This document shows positions 11,281 through 25,779 of a stretch of DNA of 64,000 nt, piece after piece. Below the pieces are notes generated by a model. The model had not been told where the DNA came from and did not search any database. It saw nothing but the letters and a program-made list of their open reading frames with translations. Both the position numbers and the translations under genes were made by a program. This DNA is from Tubiluchus corallicola. Taxonomy: Eukaryota > Animalia > Priapulida. Numbering within the stretch: position 1 is the stretch's first letter; each line of letters starts with the position of its first letter. The stretch spans positions 124,001 to 188,000 of the forward strand of contig JAQGDQ010000185.1 in NCBI GenBank assembly GCA_030141605.1. The letters are read 5' to 3'.

Positions 11281-12421
11281 TAAAGATAGTTTTTGTTGAT
11301 GTCTTTTGTTTTTTATTATTATTTTTATTGTTATTTGTAGTTTTATCATGTAGTTTTTGGTTTGTTCTTATTTCAATTTTTCTTCATTGCCTGACGATGG
11401 CTGCTGGTGTGTGGTAGAAAAGTTGTTATTTTTTAATAAAGAAATGATAAGAAATCTGTAGGATATTGTGTATTATTTCCAAAAAACTAACGTCGTGTCT
11501 GTTTGTGTAAAGCAGTTCCTTTAAGATGTTAGAAGAAACCCAGAATGTAACACGACATAATATGAGGAAGGAAGGCTATAACATGAAATGTGCCTATATT
11601 GCTTCACATAGGCAGAATTTTTTTGTACTGCTAATTTTAATAATATATTCTGTAAAAGATTTTTGCTGAAACATAGCTTATACCCTGTCCCTTTTCAATT
11701 TCATGTTATTTGAATAGACTGAAATTTTGTCTATGAACAAACTGAGAATCTAATGCGTCAATTGGAGAAACAACTATCGTGATGAACTATATTCTCAAAA
11801 GATTCAGGGAAAATGAAATCATGCGGGGATCTGATGCGCAAACATCATTTACTATTAAATTAGCACCCTGGAGCGTTTTGTCACGTCATCAAAGGCGTAT
11901 TTTATTTAATTAAATGTAGTTAGCAGAGTCCAATCTTTTCAAATTGCAATTGAGAAGACTGGGAAGTAAAGTAATACGGTTTGATGTTTTCAGATGAAAT
12001 ACGTCGGAAATCATGCTGCCAAGACTTGGAAATGCCCTGTGTGGAATATGGATAGTAATTGAATCTCGGAAGACAGTAATGCGAGATTTATTTAAAGTGA
12101 CATTCTTTAATTCGATGAACAAGTTTACTTCATCAGTGTTGCTCAAGTAAACTGAGATCATTCGACGTCTTCATTAAACGCCCAGAGAACATAAGATCTA
12201 TAGATGGTCATATCTGAACAAACCTTCTTTTGGGACAAATGTAATCTTTTGTATATAAATAAAGCAGCTCACATATTCGTAGAGATTAAAAAGGTTAAAT
12301 TTTAAAACCATAAAACAATTTATGAAAAATGACATGATTTTTTGTTGATTTTATTAGGTAAAGTAAGTTGTTACATAAATTCTCTATGGCACAGTAGCAA
12401 AGAGAGAGAAAGATACACATA

Positions 12422-12454
<33 letters not shown>

Positions 12455-12801
12455 GCACACAAAAAATGGAGCTGGGGGAGAGAGAAAGAGAAAGAGAGAG
12501 AGAGAGAGAGATTTTGTTAAAATGGCTAAAATGTTATCATAAATTACTTACGTTTTGCACAGCATAATGCAGCAATGCTGAGTATTAGACTCAAACATGC
12601 TATGATACACATTTTGTCACGTCATTCTGAAGTTCTAAACCTTGCCTGGTATGTCTTTATCCATCTGTAAACCAGAAAAAATACTTTTAAACTATTTGCG
12701 AAGACAACAAAAAATGAATGTGCGGGCTGAAAAATATTAATACAATAAAATAAAGCTGTAAGAAGTACAGAAGAGTTATGTTCAGATAACACTCTAACCC
12801 T

Positions 12802-12906
12802 GGGCCCAGTTTCACATAACCTTCACTAAGTTAACGTTGTAATTAATAACTTAGTGAATGTAATAACGACGTCACTAACCTAGTGACGGCTTTGCGAAAC
12901 TGGCTC
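12802..12906. mobile_element. Short MITE, PIF/Harbinger-like TIRs
   Basis: Imperfect terminal inverted repeats gggcccagtttcacataaccttcactaag ... ctagtgacggctttgcgaaactggctc. Confidence 0.55.
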
Positions 12907-12938
12907 TAGATATTGCGCTTGTTTGGTTACATACTTAC

Positions 12939-12967
12939 CGAACCAAAAAATGCTGCAGATTTGCAAT
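12939..12967 (-). CDS. Candidate small upstream exon of the CUB gene (LQICSIFWF-G)
   Basis: On the - strand aacttttttgcag|ATTGCAAATCTGCAGCATTTTTTGGTTCG|gtaagtat. It can end in phase 1, compatible with the 10214 acceptor, and is hydrophobic. One of several competing candidates. Confidence 0.2.
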
Positions 12968-13802
12968 CTGCAAAAAAGTTTTGCAATGACACCTTTAAAA
13001 TGGTTCTTCCAGTTTTAACTTAAGTTATTTCCCTTAGTTAAACCAAGCTAAGTTTTTGACAGTGAATAACCCATGCAGAAGAAACCTTGAGAAACTCATC
13101 TATCTGCGCTTTCTTGGAAACAAAAATGAAAGTGCTGACAAATATATGGCTTTCGTGGAGCTCGAACTTCATTTATTTCTTGCCGTATTGCAGTTTAAAT
13201 AAGCACAGATTTCTTCAAACTTTTCAGTTTCACCTATTAAAAGCTTTCTATACGTCAATTGTCTTTTATCAGCACACAGCTGGCGTAGGTTTTTATCTTT
13301 AACATGGAAAGCACGAAGCCATTTAACTCTACGACATTCAGCTCACATATAAACTTCGTGGTTTCTGCACAACCTTACTGTTTGCACGGTAGAAGTGGCT
13401 TCCTATTTTTGATAGCCGTCCATTAAGTGAGTTCCTGACATGGAAGCCCTCACCATCGCTGCTAGATTGGCAAAAATCAATGCTCAGAATAAGAAGTTGT
13501 GTCTTATCAGACAGTTTTGGACGATGTGAGTCTTCGTTACTGGCCTAAATAAATATTACTGTATAATTTATCAAACTTACTCATTTAACTTACTCATCCA
13601 ACATATTTTGGGTTATTGAATATAAAACTGACTTTTTATCTGATTAACTGTTAGTTGAGAGGTTGATCATTCAATTAGTCAGTCGGTTAACGAGTCAAAT
13701 GTAAGTTTGGTTTTATCAATTGGTTGATTGATCTGTTTATTACTACCTGATTAACAATTTTTTTGTTTCCTAAAGAAAGAATAAAAAATTTACTTGTGTA
13801 TA

Positions 13803-13898
13803 AATGAATGAAAGAATGAATGAATGAATAAATGATCGAATGAACGAACGAGCGAATGAATGAATGAATGAATGAATGAATGAATGAATGAACGAATG
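13803..13898. repeat. (TGAA)n/(CGAA)n microsatellite; similar run at about 14634-14685
   Basis: Direct reading of the tetranucleotide runs. Confidence 0.9.
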
Positions 13899-16800
13899 AG
13901 GCAAAGATACAGCCAAGAAAGTGCGTAAAGAAACATTCTGTTCAATGCAAAGATGAAAGGAACAAAAACAAAAGAAGAAAGAAAATAATACCTCTCGCTT
14001 GATTACATTGGCAGTTTTCTTAATAAGAAAGAACTGATTGTAATAAACAAATATTTTCCAAATAATTGCCCACTAGGCCTAAAAATGGCTTACATAACCC
14101 GTAAGTTTGAATGAAATGCTGCATTACATATGATTGCACTACACTTGCACTACCAAGCATGTTATCCTGTCACTCTAACTCCCGTATTTCCCCACTCACA
14201 ACGGAAGCCAGAGATCGAGAATTTCAAAATATTTTCTCCTTGAAGATTGCGTTTAAGAAGTCTGTGTAATATCATGGTGTGCAGCTGCTATTTATGAGCA
14301 AGGGAAGCCAACAAACAAACTGCCACTGATTGCCAACACTTATACGTTATTGCTATAGCTGTCGGCTAGCTCTGTTACATTAACCTTGTAAATATTTGGC
14401 AATAATTTTTGAACCGCGTCGCTGAGTTCTTCTTCGACCGCAAGGGTTTGGCGGTAACACTTGCATCCACTAACTTAGTAACTAATAAACGAAAATACGA
14501 CGATAACGAGCAATAGATAGATCGTATTTATTCGTTGACAGTAGGTTTTTATTGTAAAATTGTAACAAAATGCAGCATATTGCAAAAACTGGTAAACAGT
14601 TAAACCATATGTATACACAATATATTCGAAAGATTGAATGAATGAATGAATGAACGAACGAACGAACGAACGAACGAACGAATGAAAAGGTTTAAACATT
14701 AGTGGTAAACAAAATGTCAAACATTATCTTATAAAAGTTACGAATCATTGACAGTTAAACAAACAACGTGCAACAAAAATTTTTGTAATGCTCAGCTTCT
14801 GTTAAAGCATTTATTCTTTTTGTTATATTATACCACTTTTTGTTACATAACGTTAAGGCGACTTTTCTTAGCCTAGACTACACTACGTATTTCTAAATAT
14901 TAACCGCCATGGCCATTTGTAACAATAGCAATAATCAGAGGGCCAAAGTTCTAACTACCCTACGCATCATTCTCTTGGCTCATTATATCATAAACCGTTG
15001 ATCCCAATACATTCCACAAAGTGACCTAGTGCTAAAACGTTTAACGCTTGAAATCAAAATAGCTTGAAAAGTGCGGGGATCACGCTGCAGTCTCCACTAT
15101 TTCATCTCTCTTTTCAATTCTTCACATTTGTAATCAGATCAATTCGAAGTTTGAAAAATAAGAAAATAAGGGAAAAGTACGTATGTGTCATTGCCAAGTT
15201 TCAAAGTGCTACATAGGTAATTGAAACAGAATGAATACTCTCCAAAAATAAAACTTTTCTCTGGATATGCACTGTCCTACCCAGAGGTGAAGTATTTTTC
15301 ATACGCAGGAACAAGAGCGGTTTACACCCAACTGATATGCCCGTTGTGCACGCACCAGAACGTGGCTAGGGCACTGTATTGGTACAGTGTCCTTAGTTGA
15401 ATATTCTAGATAAACAGATAGGTTCTGGTCTCACCACAGTCTGAACACTAACGTTGAGGGCCAAACTTCCAAAAGATGTTAATGGAGCACTCCGCTCACT
15501 GAAGAGAAATAAGAGGCATTCCACGTGTTGCTGTACTCATTTTAAACTGCAATTAATACGGCTATTTCGGTAGCTACCCTTGCAACGCCTATGCAATTAC
15601 TGGCTGTAATTTTACTCGATGCTTCTTCTAGAATGCCAATTTGACAAACAGCCAGGCTTCGTGACCTGACTGAATTACAACTACGATCAATTAGACGAAG
15701 CAATTAAGTGACTGCCCCACGTTAACTTGTACTCGGAAGAAATTCGATTATCGCGCCAGTGCGGAATTGCGTTACGGGAAGCATTTCTTCGGAAGAATGC
15801 AGAAAAACAATTTAATCTCCGCCAAATGCATCTTTAATTTGCCTTCCGCAAAGATTAATAGATGAGAAAGTCGTTAGGAAGATTTGTTGCAAAGTCTCCC
15901 GCGAGTAAGGCAATTGTAATAATCTATCATTTGTGAGTGTTGAGAAACACGTCTTCTGTGAATTAAGAAAAAATATTGAAAAGGCGAAGAGTATTGCTGC
16001 TACAATGTATAGGGGTCACCACCAGGGCCAATTTTTGCATGATGGAACATCAGAAGGGGTCACAAACTGAATCGGGACTAAATAATCACAAAAAACACAC
16101 TGCATACTACCGAACTTTTTGCTACTAGTGTTTAAACCAATACTGCTGTATCACTCTGCCTATAGTTTAAGAACAAGAACGAATGGGTCCGCAGATTTTA
16201 TTGCAATCATATATCCCACCAAACTGATGTGAGATTTTATAGTAGAATATTTAGAAGATGGCACGATTTATTGATGTAGAAACCACTGGTTAACTGATGC
16301 TCTGATGCTCTGTATTTTTAAATTCTGTATATATTTTTATTAGATTTTTGTAAATTTTTGTAGTTCTTTTAGTAGTGCATGACATGTAGTATTCTTTAGT
16401 TTTTAATGCAAATTTTAACTTTTATATAGCATTTTTATATGCCAAAAAAATATAAAAATATGAACAAAAAAATAAAAACACAAGATTATAATGAAAAGTT
16501 GTGTAGACCCTGAACAAAACGATGAAAAATACAAAGTTGCAACATGGTTTTTCTTCATACTATCTTTGAACAGTTGCACCGCTTATCTTGACTGGAGGCT
16601 AAAAAACCAATGAGACAAGTGAGACAATGAACAAAACATTTTACAATCCCAACAGTGAAGTTAAACGTCTGGAAAAATTTGCTTATCGTTTTTTCTTTAT
16701 TCACTTCTTCATTTTACCTTCTTTTTCTTTTTTTTCTTAATTTAGTTTTCCTTTAAGTCTTTCATTTTTAGCTGTCTTTATTTCTTTCTTTCTTTCTTCC

Positions 16801-17362
16801 CTAATTCCACCCTTCCTTCCTTTCTTACTTTTCCCTTTTTTTTCTTTTTTCTTCTTTATTGCTTCTCTCATTTTTCATTAGTTTCCCATTCCCTTCTTTA
16901 TCAGCTTATATATGGAAGAAGCCAAAAATTCTAAACGCTTCCCTCTGTCGAATCTGCAAATTAGTTGATTACACGTGCAGAAACTTGCAACGGGATGCTG
17001 AGCAAATTCGCGCCTGTCAGTCAATGGTGCAACTTGTCGCTTCTCTAATGGCCTTTGTCGTTTTTGCTAGACGATCTTTAGAAATGGCATTGTAGCTGTG
17101 GACAGACCAGTTAATTTATTGCTAAAGCATACAGGCGCTCGGGCACTAAAAGCTAGATGAATTAACATAGAAAACAGTACAAAAATATAGCTATTAAAGG
17201 GAAATAGTAACCGCAAAAATGTAACAAATCATAAGTAGCTGGTAATAACTAATATCTGCGGCGAGTTTCATGGCTGAGTGGATAAGTTGTTTGCGCTTCT
17301 TGTGAATGACGTGGACTGAACATAAACCTTGACTGCTTACCTCGCAGAGAAAGGATATATGT

Positions 17363-17960
17363 AAGGCCGGATTACACAGACAAGGAGAAAAACCGCCTCA
17401 TGAAAAATGAGGCTAACCAATGGTCCCTGTCACACAGATAATATGTTTGCCGCCTACCGCGGGCTATCTGCCGTAAAGGCGTCAGCCATAATGCCCGGTG
17501 GGCTCCTCAAAAGCCGTTTTGAGCGGTTCATAAGGCGCCTTACAGCGAAATGTATTTGGCCACTAATTTTACTTGCCATAAGGCGTTTAGGGTCATCGCT
17601 AACGCGGTAATTAGCTGTAGTTTTTGCAGTGCATAATTCATTTATACCACAAGAACTCATAACAGAACGATTTCATAAACATTAAAAAGCAATTTTTAAG
17701 TACGACATTCTACTAATACTGCAATTAGAGACATGCACTGCCGAAACGGATTACGGCAAAATGTCTTACTATTTATACAGAATAAAGACCACAACGCGGA
17801 TAATGATATACGCCTTATGGAAGACGGAAGACACTTTATGGCTTACGGATTATGGATCACGTCTTGCTCCTTGCGCCTTTTCTCTGTGCGACATGAACCA
17901 TGCAAACACCTCTGGCAATTCGCTGGCTAATTTTAGTGGGCGTTATTCATAAGCCAGATT
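17363..17960 (+). mobile_element. Possible decayed PIF/Harbinger-like transposon fragment
   Basis: Starts with the Harbinger-like end aggccggattacacagac, has a GC-rich subterminal region, and carries frameshifted peptide traces (DIRLMEDGRHFMAY / MDHVLLLAPF) reminiscent of Harbinger nuclease N-termini. Confidence 0.3.
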
Positions 17961-20900
17961 CCGGTCACGCCACAATTTTTTTTATTAAATCTCATTTATT
18001 TCAAAATAAAATAAATACAAATTCCTCCACAAACGTATTCGCTGAGTGCCTGCAGTCTGCCGAAGTGTAGAAAAATGGGGCACTTTACAAGAAACAACCA
18101 TAAACTTGCAAGAAACCCAAAAACATTGTTTGTCACGAATTTTTTAACATTTGCTGTTTTGCTGTCATATTTTAAGCCTTTTTAATTACTTTTCTGGTTA
18201 CTGTGCCCTACGTTAGTATTCAGATAGTATATAGTTTAAATAAACTATAGTTAGCTTATTAGGATCAGAATAGACAGTTTTGAAAACTGATACATGAATC
18301 CTCGCCGTGCAAATGTATGTACAGACAGAAGTGCAGATAAAATAAAGTAATATAAATACAAACAAATGCAAATGGATATACATACATACAAATACATATA
18401 GACAAAGACATATACATACAAGGTTAGCAGATGGAACACAATGAATAATATAATAATTGAACAATAACAATAAACGACTTAAAATTTACCGCAAAATATA
18501 TAAAAGGCAACCTAAGGTCTGATCATGTTTAATTCTCCTAACGTAATTCTGGATGCAATCTAAAATTTTACAGTTAACATCAACATTAAACTCATCACTT
18601 CCTCTAAGATACAATGACACGAAGTTAATTAATTTTGTTTTTAGTTCTAGTAAAAATGTAAGAAAAGCAAAGTAAAATAGTATCTAGGAAAAGGCAAATA
18701 ATAAAGATAAAACATAAAGAGTAGGGAAAAGGTAGATTTATGAAAAGGAAGATGAAGCAGAACAAGAGGTAGAAAAAAGAAAGAATTAAAAAAGAATATA
18801 AGTAAAAGGAAGTTCAAAGTCCTCATCTCAATTCGTTATTTTGAAAGGGCTCAGGGAAATTCAATCATTTCTCATGTTGCGGAGAAAGTTCAATCAGTTC
18901 GGTTACGACAGATCAATCAAATTATTTACGTATTTCCAGATTAGATCCGAATCGTAAAGAATTACAAAATGATCAAATTGGAAAATGGAGATTTCCTTTT
19001 CAAGAAACATGACAGCATTACATGAACTTATCCCTGAACAGAAAGGCACACCGTCACGTACGTGCAGTAAATCAGCATCATATACGACTGATGCTTAGTA
19101 AACAATAAAATATGTCTTCACTGCGCCAAGAGAACAATCAGGCAGTCAAAAATTTATGAGGACTGTTTCTGAACTTGGCATGAATGTCAAGGAGAAGCAA
19201 CAGGCTGAGGTCCGTTCAAAGATAAAAGCTGCCAAAACCATAAATTTCAATGAGTTATAGTGTAACATGCTTTGGATTAACAACTATGGGATATTTGAAC
19301 TATAAACTGTTTAAATTTTACTGCATTGAAATTAGATAATGGCTTTGAATGATCCAGTTTAAAAAAATGAGATTACATTTAATTAAATCAAAAAGCAAAG
19401 AGGGCCAATTTCTGTCTATTTGCAAAAATGCAAATTACCCTTTTTGATTTGTTTTATAAATTGCCTCAAGTATATTGGCATGATAATGCGTTCATACTGA
19501 GTAGATTATTTAAAATTTAGTTGTATTTCATGGATAAGGCCGGAAACCATAACTAGACACCACTTAGCGACTTAATTCGTTAAACTAACGCTACAGCACC
19601 TATAGCACCTATCAACGACTTCCACTACCAGACTAGCTGAACTCATTGCTCTTGGACCTGCACCGGATGCTTGCCTTATTTCTACTAACTCGAAACTGGC
19701 CTTAATATCGGATGGCACAGAAAATATGCACCAAACTTTAGACTACAATAAATTTTGAAGCAAGCACCCTAAAACGTTGAAATTTCAAAGTGAAATAATT
19801 ACCATACGTTAACTTTTACTTGTAGAAGTTACAAGTTTGTGGCTTTAGATTTTTTAAGTTGTAGCTGAAAAGCTTTTGCATATTAAATATTTAAATTCCT
19901 GACCAATCGTCAATTGAATCATCACCACTGACCAATCATCGCCACTGTGAGGCGTAAAACACTTAACACATGCTAACAAAAAATACAGAAATCTATTCAC
20001 CAAGTTTACATCATGGTCTTCACCGCAAAAGACAAAGTTCTGGTAAAAATTCGTTATCAATAAAAAATGGGACTTAATCTTCTGGTCCCGACTACAGTAT
20101 CTGAAATTCCCTTAAAGGAAAGTGTAACGCCTTCGTCTAGTTTTCATTGAAAATGTTAGCTACATAGAGCACTTGCTGTAAATTTTAACAATTGTGATAA
20201 AAAATTTCCGATATTTATTGTAATTTGAAAGTTCGTTTCTTTCGAAAAATGTAAGGGACAGACCTAATATTTCTGGCGTTTATATACAAGCGTCTATAAC
20301 ACCGCTGTGGTAATTTGGAAACGACTGCGTCCTTTTTCCTTATAATATCGTGACTAATAATATTAAAATTTCGACACATTTTCGCGTCACTTGATACAAT
20401 TACAATAATCATAAGAATTCATCGCAAACCTGAAAGAAGTTCCACTCAAGGTGGTAAAAATTTAAATCAATCGCTTAAAATGATAAAACTTTCTTTATCA
20501 ATTGAAAATAAGTGAAAGATTAATACGCGCATTATAATCTAATAGTAGCTGGAGTCGCATAAAGCCTGTGTATAAGTTCAATTAAGTCCACAATGAAGTA
20601 TCTTTGTGACGATGTAGTCTAATTTTCGCTATTGCAAATGGGTGGTTCGTGACTTACGTGTAACCCTTAGGTAAAGAATGAAACACTTAGTCGAAAACAC
20701 TGCGGAAAAACCACTGAATTAACAAAATAATATAAGAAATTAATGAATATCTCAAAATACATTGCAAGACAAATATTAATAATAAAGATTACGGCGGCTA
20801 AGGAAAAAAAGGAAAACGTAACGTTTTTCACCCGTCCTGTCTCGGCATCATCGAGCGACTTTTCTCCTGCTCTCATCCAGCGTCATCTCTCTGACTCATC

Positions 20901-21109
20901 ACCAGGAGGCTTCGTCGAGAAATGGTGCACCATAGAATGGTTGGCCACACTACCTCTTCATGCATCCGATTACGTGAACGACGTCTCCAAACTTTGACGG
21001 CTCCTGATGCCTCCGCCTTCGCCTCCAGTTATATGACGACAAAATAGTGTAGCATTCGCACTCCTGTCCTCATCACAACGTAAGGATCACCAGTAAACAC
21101 AGCACGGAA

Positions 21110-21280
21110 GCATCAACGGCAGTATCATCAACAACAGGTAAATACGGGCAAGTATCATCAGCAGCAGATATCATCGACAACTGGTAAGTACAATCTTTAA
21201 CAGGTTATGTGTATCATCAGCGTCAGGAAAATGTAATCAGCAACAGGTAAGTATCATCGCTGGTATGCAGTTATCATCTC
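21110..21280 (+). repeat. Degenerate minisatellite of about 20 bp (AAGTATCATCAGCAACAGGT)
   Basis: About 6-7 diverged units, e.g. agtatcatcaacaacaggta, agtatcatcagcagcagata, atcatcgacaactggtaagta, aatcagcaacaggtaagtatcatc. Confidence 0.65.
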
Positions 21281-23559
21281 TGTTGTAACGTCCGCTTAAC
21301 ACGACAACTTAAAGCGGAATACCTGGGCGAACTGAACAGCCAAAATTGCGTCTACGTGGCTTCAATCATATGATATAGTAGTAATGCATAAACAGTGCCA
21401 TTGAATGTACAGGTGAAATCTGATTTCAGAACGGGTTGGCTTCTAGCGTTATATCATTAAACAGTTTTACTAAACTTCTTTTACGAAAATTGAAAATAAT
21501 TGATGGTGGAATTATAACAGCTAGTAACTAGTTACATAACCTGGCCTAAAATAATCCTGAACGTCACAATCTTAATAAGTAACATTTTATTTCGAACTAT
21601 AACATCCGTAAAAAAGTATTTAGTCTTAGTGTTATTTGCAGCAATTTTCCAAAGATCGATGCCGTGTAATAATGTAGTAGAGACAAGTAACTTGTAATTT
21701 AAAATGTGAAATGCGAGGAAATGCAGATAAACTGTTACGTCTTAACTTATTAATAATTATACATAATTTGTCTACGAAAAACTATAGTGCCAAATTTTGC
21801 TAAATTAAATTGTTATTCGTTTCAATTCAATAACCAAGCGACTAGTGGTGATTACAATATCGACTATCACGAAAAGAGGTTTTTTTGGAAAAATAAGTTG
21901 TTTATGTAAGCTTTTCGTTGAATGCTGCTGGCTAATTTCCTCTTCCAAAAATGAACAAACTTGTTTTTTCAATCGAATTGCTTTAGTTCTTGATTACGCT
22001 CAGGTTTTTAGATAATTTTCGCTCGCAGACATCGGCATTCGCAAAGCATGAAGACGTTGACATTACTTAGACAAATGTGGGTCCAGAAATCTATAAGCAA
22101 AAAGGAATACATTCCCTACACGCTACTCGTTATTTGTGTGTTGCGTCTTTACCTGCAGGTGCAAGCCGTTACTGCTGATGTTGTCTATTAAATGTAATAG
22201 ACGGTAAATAAATCTTGTCTTCGTCTGTTGTCTTGTCTTTGTTCGCCAATGTCATGTAGATAATCAGTACTAATTAACTTTTGCTTCGTAACTTGCACGC
22301 AAGCACGTTTCTAAAAAATCAGTTAAGTATCGCCAAATTATAGAGAGCCACACGGTTACTTACTTTAATGATAGAATTATTGCTGGACTCCCTACTCGAT
22401 TCCAGAATGCGCCACACACCAGACTACTGTATAGAAATCATAGACCTGTTATTTGCTATTAACAAAATTTCAGACTGAGGTTGCGATGCAGTCACAACTA
22501 CCATGCAGTGGGTTGCAATCCGTTAATAAAGAAAAATAAATTCCCCCAGTTTCTAGATTCAGAGGCCTGTTAAGTAAGTCGCTCAATGCATTTTCTGCAG
22601 CAAATTTTTGCGCAATTTAAAAGCCCGTTACATCTAATTTCGTCCTGACATTTATTCAACAACGTCATTAAAAACCCTCTTTTGTGTAAAGTTTTCGACG
22701 AGCTTTTCATATTATTTTCTATTGTGATGATTATCTCTTTTATCAACCACGATTTCATATTTCTCATTGAAAAAACTTCTGATTAACTGCCCGCAGAGCG
22801 TTGCAAGATATTTCAAATGAGGCGTTTTCATTTTTATGCTCTGCTGTCTTGTCTTATTGTCAAGTCTATAGACTTGTCTTATTCTGTTAGATGATTCCTA
22901 TTACGTGTTTTTGAAAATAAGCGGATAAACGAATACAAAACAAAGGAAAATATATCTGAAAAAATTTGAAAAAACTGCGTAGGGCATTTTTAACCGACAA
23001 AAAACCAATGAATCTTGTCCATTTTTTGTTTTATTTAAACCACAGGTAACTTATGGTAATTTATTAGTAATCATCACGTTAAGCTTGACCTAGTTAGTAG
23101 TTTGACACAAATGGCATTTAACGAATTAAAGCTAGATCAAAAAAACAAAACATTTAACCCAAAGCCGCAAGTAAAAAGTAAAAAAAAACTTTTAAAGGAA
23201 GACAGGGTGATTTTTCATATACTACCCCATTTTCAAGTCTGATAAAAAGTATATATTTTAACACAATTAATACTACTACAAAAGCAGTTTGTGATAATTA
23301 AATAATTGATTAAAATTTCAATTAACGGTGGGCAAGCCCAACTATTGATGACAAACTAACATAATTTTCAATAGCAAAAATGTTCCACGATCGCGGTGCA
23401 AAAGAAAAAATTAAAGTACAGTGCTGCTGTAAGATATTCAGTGTGTTTTACTAAAACTAGGCAAGTTTTAAGATAAAAATTCAAATTTTAAATTTACCGC
23501 TGTGCTCACACATGAGCTGTCGAACGTGTGTAGTTCATCACAAACTGACACATCTGAAA

Positions 23560-23710
23560 TGAGAGGTACAGCATCTGTTTTTGTATAATGCGTTTCCGAA
23601 ATGCAGGCGCCAGTGCCCGTCTAACTAGCGAATGGCAAAATACATGTAACAGCGAAGGATTAGTGGCGCGAACGTGAAATTGCGTTTGTGTGGTAATAAT
23701 TCTTTCATGT
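23560..23710 (+). repeat. Dispersed repeat, diverged second copy at about 29925-30050
   Basis: Both loci share the blocks taactagcgaatggc, catgtaa, ggcgcg(a/t)acgtgaaatt and ggtaataatt in the same order. Confidence 0.6.
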
Positions 23711-24451
23711 AAGTCATGTTCGAAAAAAATTCCTTTCAATATTTTAAAGAGCAGCAGTTTAAGATTTGGACCAGTTTTGCTTATTTAAAATTTCAAGAAT
23801 AATATTTTTAATAATAACAACAAGAAGATGCAAACCTGGAAAAGGATTAGAAAAATAGTCATATCGATGCCGGGATCAATGATGATGATGATGATGATAA
23901 TAATAATCATAATGACACTGATGATGATGATGATCACTATCATCATGGCGACGATAATCATGATGATGATGTTGATTACAACTATGAAAAGAGGAGGATC
24001 AAAGAGGAAGAAAAGAAAAAAGAAAGACTCGAATGTGGAATAATTTCTACTCTTTCGAATGGGATCAAGTAGAACGAATGCGCAGCATTTAAAACTATGA
24101 TTAGTACAGTCATGTACCAATAACAATGACGGATGAAAAGAGCAGTGCAGAATAGTTAAAAGAACATAAATATAATAAGGAAAAAACGATGTTTTCCAAC
24201 TGTCGGAGCAACCGCTAAGAAATTTTGCTCTGAAATCTTTTTTTTATTCTCAGTACACGTCAAACCAGCAGTTTCAAAGCGATTTTGTCTCAAATTTGCC
24301 TTTTCTAATTCTGAATGACAAATGGAGATGTAATGCGTCGCGACAATGTTGACTCTTTGAATTGCTCCCAAGCCATAACCGACTTCAATCTGTGGATTCA
24401 TAAAGACGTTTAGTATCAATTTTCTTCACTGCACCGAAATCTTCAGCTGTT

Positions 24452-24825
<374 letters not shown>

Positions 24826-24827
<2 letters not shown>

Positions 24828-25010
24828 CATTTTCATTTAATTCTTTATTTCGAACCTAAAGCTCATATTATAATTTACATATTTACAACATATAACATTC
24901 TAAAATACAAGCCAATACAAAGAAACCACAAAAAGTTACATAAATACAAAAAATACATTCTAAAAAACATCAATACAAACAAATCGCACAAACTTACATA
25001 AATACGGAAA
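24826..25010 (-). mobile_element. Element of about 185 bp embedded in (TC)n, copy 1 (retroelement 3'-end/SINE-like)
   Basis: Reverse complement of 28171-28355 with only two substitutions that I could see; flanked on both sides by (GA)n. Confidence 0.75.
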
Positions 25011-25022
25011 GAGAAAGAGAGA

Positions 25023-25061
<39 letters not shown>

Positions 25062-25104
25062 TGAGAGAGGGAGAGAGGAGACACAACTTTCCTTCAATGA
25101 CATA

Positions 25105-25113
25105 GTGGTAGTG

Positions 25114-25153
<40 letters not shown>

Positions 25154-25180
25154 CAGTAGTAGTAGTAGTAGTAGTAGTAG

Positions 25181-25241
<61 letters not shown>

Positions 25242-25265
25242 GCTAGCAGTAGCAGCAGCAGCAAC
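25105..25265. repeat. Compound (GTA)n(GTT)n(GCA)n microsatellite
   Basis: Direct reading. Confidence 0.95.
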
Positions 25266-25779
25266 GGTACCAACAACCTACAACTACAACAGCGATAATG
25301 TCTTTCTTTAGCTTATAACATTACAAAAGTCTATGCCAATAACTGATACAATGTATCTAGACGAGAAGCAATTGAAGTCATTATCAAAAAACGGCGGTAT
25401 TATGCAACCAACTTAAAACCCTTTCTTGCTCTTAGCTATTTACCATCGCATCTCCTTCCAACGATTACACTAGCCTTTACGTCGTTTCAACCCGGAATGC
25501 GCAAATTCAGAATGTAAATGTGCCTTTTATCCTAACGAGATTTGGGAAGCCGAGCGGCTAATCAGAAAATAGCCGAAACTGTTGAGCTTGTGCAATTTCT
25601 TATGTATATTAAATTCTGAACAGCTAGCAGATAACATTGCTGCAAGGCTAAAACGCTGGATTTTCTAAAGGCGGCTCTTGTGTAAATTTTCTGGTGACAA
25701 CGAGTTGTTGCGGTAACGGCAGCCGTATGATCTCTTCATGATGATAAAGCGTGGTTTCGTGGGAAGCACCCTGTCATCA

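Noticed and set aside
21110-21280. CRISPR-like repeat array (also considered for 26213-26854 and 55100-56770)
   Set aside because: Units are degenerate and lack unique constant-length spacers; no cas genes; eukaryotic context.
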